A stretch of 40,411 nucleotides of DNA from Thermoprotei archaeon (GTDB lineage: Archaea; Thermoproteota; Thermoprotei; Thermofilales; B20-G17): the NCBI GenBank assembly GCA_003650785.1, contig QMRW01000002.1, forward strand, positions 1 through 40,411, written 5' to 3'. This document shows positions 1-7,230 of this stretch, piece after piece (position 1 is the first letter of the stretch; each line of letters begins with the position of its first letter). Made by a program: the position numbers and the translations under genes. Under the pieces are notes generated by a model. The model saw only the letters and a list, made by a program, of their open reading frames with translations, did no database searches and was not told the origin of the DNA.

Positions 1-273
1 ATGCGGTACCCCTCCTATGGAAATTACTGCTCCTCTAAGTATGTCATCATCTCCAATGAGTTCATCTACTATTCTCTTTCCTACAGCATTTATTATAGTA
101 GCTTCTCTCAATATACTAGCTAGCGTGTGTGAGTCGACAACTTCACCTCCATAAAATTCTGGGTTTACATATAATCTCAGGTCACCTTCTTCGAGAGTCT
201 CACCTAGGAGTTCCTTATCGCATACGGCTACTACTGTATCCCGTTCCTTTCTATGCACTTTTACATAGTACAT
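1..273 (-). CDS. DUF424 family protein, 3' end runs off the window
   Basis: Not in the ORF track. Manual translation from ATG at 273: MYYVKVHRKERDTVVAVCDKELLGETLEEGDLRLYVNPEFYGGEVV...EATIINAVGKRIV...ISIGGVPH. Motifs VAxCDxELLG, FYGG, NxVG and IGGVPH are typical of archaeal DUF424. Confidence 0.85.
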   Translation of the reverse strand, partial: MYYVKVHRKERDTVVAVCDKELLGETLEEGDLRLYVNPEFYGGEVVDSHTLASILREATIINAVGKRIVDELIGDDDILRGAVISIGGVPH

Positions 274-388
274 CTTTGCCTCATTGTATTGAGAGACATT
301 CTCATTATTAAGGTTAAGTGAGGCTTTACTTTGGATCACCTATGTTATTCGACATTTTCCAGTGGTACAGAGTTGGATGATATTAACA

Positions 389-394
389 TTTAAA
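389..394 (+). promoter_or_regulatory. Putative TATA box for the C/D-box sRNA
   Basis: TTTAAA about 25 nt upstream of the C box at 418. Confidence 0.45.
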
Positions 395-414
395 TTCCTC
401 GATGCAATCTTAGA

Positions 415-468
415 GTGAGGATGAAGGCTGGTATTTCTGATGAGTGATGAAAGATACCAGAACTGAGT
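415..468 (+). ncRNA. C/D-box 2'-O-methylation guide sRNA, probable 16S rRNA helix-18 targets
   Basis: C box AGGATGA (418-424), 12-nt guide AGGCTGGTATTT, D' CTGA (437-440), C' GTGATGA (444-450), 12-nt guide AAGATACCAGAA, D CTGA (463-466). Canonical archaeal spacing, in intergenic DNA. Confidence 0.9.
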
Positions 469-483
469 TCTTTAGTTCTTAAA

Positions 484-1176
484 TTACGGAGTTCTGCTCT
501 CCTTGAGCTCTATCCTAATATAGCCATCTTCACTTCTTCTTATGTCGAACTCTATCGTTATTGGGCTAAGATCTCTCCATCTAATCTTCCTTATAGTGAG
601 CGTCCTTATGTACAGATCTCTTCTTGTGAAGAGTTTCAATATGAAAAGTCCATCCGCATATTCTGAGAGTCTATGACCTAATTCTTCATCGCATGTTGCT
701 ATTGTAGTCAAATTTTCTCTCTCCTTAATTCTTCCTAGAAATAATTTTATCATATCCTCTCTGCTATATCTAGTTCCTTGAGGAAACATTGAGGTGAGAG
801 AATCTACTACGAGTCTGGTTCCTTTAATTTTATCCAGTTCCCTATCTAATTCCCTATAGATATTATCTACTCCTTTGTAAGCGTTTTCTCCCATTACAAT
901 GAGATTTATCCTCATGATACTCAGTTGATCATTTTCGATCAATCTTGAAGCATTCCAACCAAGTGATTCCATCCAGGTAGTTATTTTACTAGGCTGGTCT
1001 GTTGAGGTTATATATACAGCGGGTTCTCCTATAGTGGCACCAGTTAATGCAAAGAGAGCTGCTAGTGTGCTCTTGCCACTTCCACTGTCACCAGCTAGAA
1101 TATATATACCGCCTGTTTCAAGTCCTCCTATCAATCTATCTAACTCGCCCCAACCACTCATTATAGCTCTCATCAT
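484..1176 (-). CDS. RecA-superfamily KaiC/RAD55-like ATPase, single domain, degenerate catalytic motif
   Basis: N-terminal SGWGELDRLIGG, Walker A GDSGSGKS, Walker B LVVDS, ADG motif and C-terminal IRKIR. The usual EE after the post-Walker-A strand reads STD. Confidence 0.85.
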   Translation of the reverse strand: MMRAIMSGWGELDRLIGGLETGGIYILAGDSGSGKSTLAALFALTGATIGEPAVYITSTDQPSKITTWMESLGWNASRLIENDQLSIMRINLIVMGENAYKGVDNIYRELDRELDKIKGTRLVVDSLTSMFPQGTRYSREDMIKLFLGRIKERENLTTIATCDEELGHRLSEYADGLFILKLFTRRDLYIRTLTIRKIRWRDLSPITIEFDIRRSEDGYIRIELKESRTP

Positions 1177-1344
1177 CTAGCCCTCTATTAGAAGCTCTTC
1201 ATCCATAAGTTCCTTTCTTAGTAATTCTCTTACAGCGACCCTAACTATATGAGACTTCGATTGAAAGACTCCATTTCTGACAAGTCTATCCATTTCCCTC
1301 ATTAGACTCTCCGGAAGCCTTATGGATACGCGTCTCATTTTCAT
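1177..1344 (-). CDS. Ribbon-helix-helix (CopG/CdrS-like) transcription factor, 55 aa
   Basis: Below the ORF-track cutoff. MKMRRVSIRLPESLMREMDRLVRNGVFQSKSHIVRVAVRELLRKELMDEELLIEG shows an alternating beta ribbon, helix, GxFxSxS turn and helix. Its stop abuts the ATPase start. Confidence 0.9.
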   Translation of the reverse strand: MKMRRVSIRLPESLMREMDRLVRNGVFQSKSHIVRVAVRELLRKELMDEELLIEG

Positions 1345-1414
1345 CACATCTTCAATGTCTCTCCTATGCTAGGAGAACTAATATTTAAAATTTCTAACGT
1401 ACTAAATACATGCT

Positions 1415-1957
1415 ATGGAGAAGTTCAAGGGAGAACTTGTAGGAGATAAAGTTATATTATTTGACAAAGAGGAAGCTAACAGACTCTACAAGCTAGGCTT
1501 TTTCGGGAAATTCGTAGGATATAGAAAAGTAAAGGACTTAGAGTTAAGAGACTATTTAGAACTCTCACTACTAGAGTCATTATATTTAATGGATGAAGGA
1601 CTACTGAAAGTCTATCACATGGGCAGAATTGTTACAAGAGAGGAACTGCTAAATATAGCTAGGAACAAGTATGAACATTTTGATGATATGTACATAGTGT
1701 ACAGAGATCTTAGGAAGAAAGGTTATGTTGTAAAATCAGGACTTAAATTTGGTTCGACCTTCGCAGTCTATGAACATGGTCCTGGTATCGATCACGCCCC
1801 TTTTCTAGTACATGTAATGCCATACAATGAAGCTATAGATCCCATAGAGATAGTAAGAGCAGGAAGACTATCTCATAGTGTAAGGAAGAAGTTTATTCTC
1901 GCAACAGTTAATCCTAATAATGAGATTGAGTATTACTCTTTCTCATGGTTTGGATAA
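1415..1957 (+). CDS. endA: tRNA-intron (splicing) endonuclease, catalytic alpha subunit
   Basis: KSGLKFGSTFAVYEHGPGIDHAPF and GRLSHSVRKK carry the Tyr-His-Lys triad. GFFGKFVGYRKVK resembles the crenarchaea-specific loop. Confidence 0.95.
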   Translation: MEKFKGELVGDKVILFDKEEANRLYKLGFFGKFVGYRKVKDLELRDYLELSLLESLYLMDEGLLKVYHMGRIVTREELLNIARNKYEHFDDMYIVYRDLRKKGYVVKSGLKFGSTFAVYEHGPGIDHAPFLVHVMPYNEAIDPIEIVRAGRLSHSVRKKFILATVNPNNEIEYYSFSWFG

Positions 1958-1973
1958 GAATACTAGAGTTTGA

Positions 1974-2061
1974 AGCCGGGGGAGGGATTTGAACCCTCGT
2001 CAACTCGGTGGCTGTGTTCTTGCCACTGCAGCCGAGCCCCTGACCCCTCGGGCACCCCGGC
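1974..2061 (-). tRNA. tRNA-Cys(GCA) with a 16-nt intron at 37/38 (2010-2025)
   Basis: Minus strand: acceptor GCCGGGG/CCCCGGC, U73 discriminator, anticodon stem CTCGG/CCGAG, loop CT-GCA-G|TGGCAAGAACACAGCC|A, T arm GAGGG-TTCAAAT-CCCTC. CCA is not encoded. Confidence 0.95.
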
Positions 2062-2189
2062 TTCTCCTGTTTGAGTCTATCTAATCTACACCCACTTAAG
2101 TGTTCTAGGGACTCCTATCAGTATGTGACCACTTGTTGTAAATATACCTTTCCACTATTCTATGTAGTGTCTACTAATAGTACCCTATT

Positions 2190-3296
2190 TTACGCAGTCA
2201 CTCCTATGAGATCTCTCTTCTTCTTCAAATAGTATAGGTAATTCTTAAGAGTGACATCAGGAGGGACTCTATGGTCTACATGAGGTATGTACCCTCCCTC
2301 CTCTATTAGGGGTTTCAATCTGTTGAGCTCTTCTTCTATGTACTTTGGTCCAGCTATGAGTGCTGTCTTATCCACACCACCCATTAATAGGACTTCCTTT
2401 CCATACTTTTCTCTTAGTAGTACAGGATCTGCTCCAGCTCTAACTTCACATGGAAGGAAGCAGTTAATACCTGCCTCGAGCCATAGTGGTACCAAAAGGT
2501 CTATGTTACCATCACTATCCATTATATTCAACCATACTCCATGATCTTTCAGGAAATTAGTGATACGTTTATAGTATGGTACCATAAATTCCTTAAAGTG
2601 CTTAAGCGATATTAGTGGTCCTCCTTTCCAGCACATATCCTCCCACCAGCTTGCAAAATCTGGCTTCAGTTGTTTGACTATAGGCTCTATAGCTCTAAGT
2701 ACCATATTTACTCTGAATTCGAACATATCCTTAATAAGTTCCGGCTCTTTGTAAAAAGTCTTACATAACTGTCTCAATCCCATTAACTCTCTCGCCCATC
2801 CAAAGAATCCACCAGCAGATACACCTAGAGGATATTCTCTCTCCCTAGACTTATCTACTAATTCGTTCCAGTTCTCCGGATACTCTACGTTCTCTAGATC
2901 GAATCTATCCTTATAGTCCTCCCAAGTATTCCAGTCCTTAACCGGAAAATCTATGTATCTCGGTATAGAGCTCAGGTTAGTATTCTCTTTGAAGACTACT
3001 TTTACGATTCCAGTCTCATCTCGTACCGTCATTGTCCTTTCATCTTCCTTTAAGACCTTGTATTCAAATTTTCTGAAGGGTATTCTCATAGAGATGACTC
3101 TTCTTATCTCAAATCCAAAGTACCTATCTGCCGTTTCGTTATCTATAATCCATCTGGGTAACCCTTCCTTATGCCACTTTCTTAGTGTCTGAGGCCAGTA
3201 TCCGAATTCAATATCAGGTATGTGATCCACTGGTTCATACTTAAATACTCTTAGAAAGCGTGTCCTCATGTCTAGATCTAGTGTCCTGTCGATCAC
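2190..3296 (-). CDS. Uroporphyrinogen decarboxylase / MtaA-CmuA-like TIM-barrel protein, substrate unknown
   Basis: WEDM, GPLIS, DSDGN, GGVDK and GGYIPHVDHRVPPDV motifs of URO-D-family proteins. The HemE RQAGR motif is missing. Confidence 0.8.
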   Translation of the reverse strand: MIDRTLDLDMRTRFLRVFKYEPVDHIPDIEFGYWPQTLRKWHKEGLPRWIIDNETADRYFGFEIRRVISMRIPFRKFEYKVLKEDERTMTVRDETGIVKVVFKENTNLSSIPRYIDFPVKDWNTWEDYKDRFDLENVEYPENWNELVDKSREREYPLGVSAGGFFGWARELMGLRQLCKTFYKEPELIKDMFEFRVNMVLRAIEPIVKQLKPDFASWWEDMCWKGGPLISLKHFKEFMVPYYKRITNFLKDHGVWLNIMDSDGNIDLLVPLWLEAGINCFLPCEVRAGADPVLLREKYGKEVLLMGGVDKTALIAGPKYIEEELNRLKPLIEEGGYIPHVDHRVPPDVTLKNYLYYLKKKRDLIGVTA

Positions 3297-3429
3297 GTCT
3301 GAAAGACATACCGACTCTTTAAATAACTTTCTCCAGCTATGAGGACATCCATCAGTTAGTGGTTATAGTCAACCAATTCACTAATTTTAAATGATATGAA
3401 TTTTAATACCAAATCGAAACCCTATCACG

Positions 3430-4083
3430 ATGTTAAAAGAGGAGCTAGAAGTGCTTGAAACTGAGATTAGAAAGAGAGTAGAACCGGAGTGCCATAGGAA
3501 AATTTCAAAAATCCGTGAAAGAATACTCAATTTATGGAGAAGTGGCGTCATAAAATCAAATCACAGTATAATAGAGTTCGTTCTTGGCTGTTACTTGATA
3601 AGTAAAGGATATGATGTAGAGGTGGAAGTAGGACTCTCTGATGGCCTAGTCTGCGATATATATGCTTCTAATAGTGGTAGAGTGTTGGTAGTGGAAGTTG
3701 AGACGGGATTTGTACCTCCCGAGCATGCTCTAGATCCTGTTAATTACAGATTTGCTAGAGAGTTAAGTAAAATAGCTAGATATAGTAAGTATGCTGATGA
3801 GTTCGGTATTGCCGTTCCACCCTATCACATACTTCAAATACCCTCAATTATTTTAAAACCAGCACCTAAGAGAACTATTGAGGAGTGTAAACGACTTAAG
3901 ACACTATTGGATCTCTACTACAAAAATCCCCCGATATCTATCGAGGATTTAAAAAAAGCAAGACTTGATGTAATTTATGTAGTTACTGTTGATGAGAGCT
4001 CTGTAATAGAGTTTAGACCAGTTGATTACATTAAAATGACTATGCCGTTAATAAAGATGATGAATAACGATATGAAACTATAG
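3430..4083 (+). CDS. Conserved hypothetical protein, PD-(D/E)XK nuclease-like
   Basis: GYDVEVE...CDIYA...VVEVETG...SKIARYSKYADEF resembles a restriction-endonuclease-like core, with E-x-E in place of E-x-K. Confidence 0.6.
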   Translation: MLKEELEVLETEIRKRVEPECHRKISKIRERILNLWRSGVIKSNHSIIEFVLGCYLISKGYDVEVEVGLSDGLVCDIYASNSGRVLVVEVETGFVPPEHALDPVNYRFARELSKIARYSKYADEFGIAVPPYHILQIPSIILKPAPKRTIEECKRLKTLLDLYYKNPPISIEDLKKARLDVIYVVTVDESSVIEFRPVDYIKMTMPLIKMMNNDMKL

Positions 4084-4115
4084 GTATTTATCTACCAGCC
4101 ATATTTTATACTCAT

Positions 4116-4385
4116 ATGGAGAGGTTCATAAAACGCGTATCATTAGTCTGTATAACTGATGGAAGCTATATAGTTACTATGAAGAAAGAGCAGGAGAAGG
4201 AAGTTATCAAAATACTGGAAAAGAAGTGTAAAATTCTTGAAAGAATAGAGGGAGTCCTTATACGATTTGAGTACAATGGTGTGGAGATAGAATACCTCGA
4301 TGGTAGCGGTAAGCTGATAGTAAGAGGAGTTACTGGCAATGTGAAAAACGTGCTAAAGGCCATACTATTGAATAGTAATGCTTAA
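4116..4385 (+). CDS. Hypothetical protein, 89 aa
   Basis: Fills the gap in a co-oriented run and has a typical composition. No family recognised. Confidence 0.6.
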   Translation: MERFIKRVSLVCITDGSYIVTMKKEQEKEVIKILEKKCKILERIEGVLIRFEYNGVEIEYLDGSGKLIVRGVTGNVKNVLKAILLNSNA

Positions 4386-4425
4386 GTGGTAGTATTGACT
4401 TCATACTCATCAATGGTGAGAGCGT

Positions 4426-5391
4426 ATGGAGCTCTTGTTAATAATTAGTTTATTAATAGCTTTTTACATAGCATGGAGTATAGGCTCAAATGATGAAACT
4501 ATGGCTACCCTAGCCGGTAGTGGATTTATTTCAGTAACATTTGCAGCTCTAATAGGTGCTCTTATGGACTTCTTAGGCGCTGTTTTAGTAGGCCATACTG
4601 TTGAGAAGACAATAGGAGGGGGACTAATAGCTGGAAATATAACGCTAGTAGATGTATGTATTATACTACTGGCTGTAGCGACATGGTTAATTGTGGGCTC
4701 ATATAGGGGATGGCCTATCTCTACAACACACTCTGTCGTGGGTGCTGCTATAGGCCTTGGTATACTTAAGTTCGGATGGACTGGTATAAAGTGGCAATCT
4801 CTTAGTAGGGTTATTCTGGGATGGATAATTTCGCCAATAGTAGGTCTAATAGGCTCTATGCTATTCTACTATATAGCATCTCATCTCACACTGCCTAGAG
4901 TAAGAGGTCTGAGAGGAGTTATAAAATTATCCAGGTATTCTTCCATATTCCTCCTCGTATGGACTTCCTATACAGCGTTCTTCAGAGGTGCTAATGATAT
5001 TGCTAATGCAACAGCATTCTTAAGTGTTCTTTATGGGCAGTCGCTGCTTATACGGGCGATATGTGGTATTGGAATGGCACTTGGATTACTTGTATTTGGA
5101 AGGCGCGTTATAAGGTCCGTGGGTGTTCAATTAGTAGAATTAAACCCTTTCTCTGCTCTTTGTGTCCAAATATCTGTAGCTATAACGCTATGTGTAGGTA
5201 CATTACTAGGTCTCCCCCTCTCCGGTACGCATGTACTAGTCAGTGCTATCTTAGGCTTGGGATTAGCTAGGCATACGTGGATAAACCTTAGGGGGGTATT
5301 TGAAATATTTGTGACATGGATTATAACATTTCCCTCCTCGGCTGCACTTTCCATATTATTCTCGTTACTGGTAGGTTATTTACATATCTAA
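4426..5391 (+). CDS. pitA: Inorganic phosphate transporter, PiT family
   Basis: Multi-pass hydrophobic protein with GSND, GWPISTTHSVVG, GANDIANA and GLPLSGTH motifs. Confidence 0.92.
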   Translation: MELLLIISLLIAFYIAWSIGSNDETMATLAGSGFISVTFAALIGALMDFLGAVLVGHTVEKTIGGGLIAGNITLVDVCIILLAVATWLIVGSYRGWPISTTHSVVGAAIGLGILKFGWTGIKWQSLSRVILGWIISPIVGLIGSMLFYYIASHLTLPRVRGLRGVIKLSRYSSIFLLVWTSYTAFFRGANDIANATAFLSVLYGQSLLIRAICGIGMALGLLVFGRRVIRSVGVQLVELNPFSALCVQISVAITLCVGTLLGLPLSGTHVLVSAILGLGLARHTWINLRGVFEIFVTWIITFPSSAALSILFSLLVGYLHI

Positions 5392-5399
5392 GAGAACTA

Positions 5400-6089
5400 T
5401 TATTTGATTACTCTAACTATTATGACCTTTAGTATATCTCCTACGTCTTCTGAGTAATCGCATATCTTCTCTATTGTCTCTATTAATCTCTCTAGGAGAA
5501 CACTATGTTGTGTAGGACCTTCTTCTGAGCATAGAGTGGCCAACCCTCTTATATAGAGTTCATCCATATCCTCCTCTACTTCCTCCACCTTATGAATAAG
5601 TTTTAAGCTTGCCTCAAAATCATTTATTATACGCTTAATAGCACACTTTATGGTCTCAGTACATAATCGAGCCTTTTCTACCATTTTTAAAAATATATCT
5701 GAAGATTTATGTTCAAGTATTCCTCTCTGAGCATATTGTATTTCTAGTATCCTCGCACTATCTCTGGCACTATCTGCTATCATATCCATTCGTTCTACTA
5801 GCCTTACAAAATCTTCTCTATTCAAAGGTGAGATCACCCCCTTAGCTAGATGCTCAATTATCTTCCTCCTCAATTCATCAGCTTTCTCTTCATTTTTATG
5901 CACTTCTCTCAACCATATTTCAAATTCTTCTATATCTCTTTCCAACAAGTGTGATATAGCATTGTATAACGAGGTTACCGATTCAGTACAAATGTTAGCA
6001 TGTTCAAGCAGAAGTTCTAAAATTTTACTTTCAGAGCTATCTATCTTCCTCCTAAGAATATTCCTTATATTCAGAGGCATCCTGGCCAC
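5400..6089 (-). CDS. DUF47 / PhoU-like phosphate transport regulator
   Basis: EEKADELRR, PLNREDF, DMIAD, EEDMD and IEKICDYSEDVGD motifs. Adjacent to the PiT gene. Confidence 0.9.
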   Translation of the reverse strand: MARMPLNIRNILRRKIDSSESKILELLLEHANICTESVTSLYNAISHLLERDIEEFEIWLREVHKNEEKADELRRKIIEHLAKGVISPLNREDFVRLVERMDMIADSARDSARILEIQYAQRGILEHKSSDIFLKMVEKARLCTETIKCAIKRIINDFEASLKLIHKVEEVEEDMDELYIRGLATLCSEEGPTQHSVLLERLIETIEKICDYSEDVGDILKVIIVRVIK

Positions 6090-6117
6090 CTATATAACCA
6101 TATTTAGTGTTATATAG
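6090..6117. promoter_or_regulatory. Inverted repeat (putative operator) just upstream of the DUF47 start
   Basis: CTATATAAC-N10-GTTATATAG, perfect 9-bp arms. A TTTATAAA TATA-like box lies at 6131-6138. Confidence 0.4.
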
Positions 6118-6317
6118 ATATAATTACACCTTTATAAATCATTCTCCCTGCCTTAGTATTACATGGCCTTAATACTACGTTATCTTTACATGAAAAGGAT
6201 TATTCATAGTCAAGTTATAGTATAATTGCAATTATATAACCAGATTATATTCAATATCAATAGTAAAAGGATGTAAAAAGGGGAATAGAATTTATAGGAT
6301 TTCGCTGAGAGAACCTA

Positions 6318-6854
6318 TCACAATTTATATGGAATTTCAAATACTATTTTTTCATAGCCCTCTATTTGGTCTCCTTTCTTTACCCATATTAATAGCGTGT
6401 TTTCTGTAGCCTCATACTCACCACTCATCTGAACCTCTAGTATTCTAACACCACTTGGCATTAACCAGTATACTTCGTAATCGTACTCAGCTACAGTAGC
6501 TTCATATCTATTTTCATAAATATTCATTCCTTCTTCCAATTTTCCCGAGAATCTTATGAAGAATATTATAGAGGGATGTATAAGTTGTCCTCTGAATATT
6601 ATGTCTATGTCCTCTACTGTGGGCTCAGTGATCTCATTATTTATATACACTTCTTCCTCGTCCAGTAGCCCTTGCATGTTTTCCATTAATGATTCCATTT
6701 CAGCTTCTATATCTCCCTCATCCATTAGTCTAGCATAATATAGGGATCTATCCTCGTAATCGAAAATGAGTACCTGAGTTACTTCTCCATAGAGTGTAAG
6801 ATTGAAAATACCTTGAGCGTGTATAGGTCTTAGTTCTTTACCTTCTAGTGCCAT
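6318..6854 (-). CDS. Hypothetical acidic protein
   Basis: 178-aa ORF, very Glu/Asp-rich, beta-rich pattern. No family recognised. Confidence 0.7.
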   Translation of the reverse strand: MALEGKELRPIHAQGIFNLTLYGEVTQVLIFDYEDRSLYYARLMDEGDIEAEMESLMENMQGLLDEEEVYINNEITEPTVEDIDIIFRGQLIHPSIIFFIRFSGKLEEGMNIYENRYEATVAEYDYEVYWLMPSGVRILEVQMSGEYEATENTLLIWVKKGDQIEGYEKIVFEIPYKL

Positions 6855-6903
6855 ACTCTAGATGATGTAAAAAACCTTATATTTTTTGAGGCTAAGCTAA
6901 CTC

Positions 6904-7230
6904 ATGATCCCAGGAAGTGGTTATGAGTGGTTATTACCCATTGTAGTAAGTGGTGGTGGAGGATTTGTCATGGGATTTATTGTAGGGTATGCACTTAAGA
7001 AGTTCTTAAAGCTGGCGATGATAATCCTAGGATTATTCCTAGCACTACTACTTCTACTATGCTATATGGGCATAGTGATGGTAGATTATGAAAAGCTTAT
7101 GTCCTTAATAGCTACTTTACTAGATAATTTGAAGGAAGGTGCTGGAAAATTTGTAAACTGGGCTACTGTTAATATACCTTTCTGGGGATGCTTTTCAGTA
7201 GGCGCTTTATTGGGAATTAAAGTTGGATAG
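6904..7230 (+). CDS. FUN14 family membrane protein
   Basis: GGFVMGFIVGYALKK...LxYMGIVxVDYEKL...F..GALLG pattern. Confidence 0.85.
   Translation: MIPGSGYEWLLPIVVSGGGGFVMGFIVGYALKKFLKLAMIILGLFLALLLLLCYMGIVMVDYEKLMSLIATLLDNLKEGAGKFVNWATVNIPFWGCFSVGALLGIKVG

Noticed and set aside
129-311. 60-aa plus-strand ORF in the track
   Set aside because: Antisense shadow of the DUF424 gene on the minus strand.
1960-3430. tRNA-Cys as an integration site for a mobile element
   Set aside because: No integrase, no duplicated tRNA end and no visible compositional shift.
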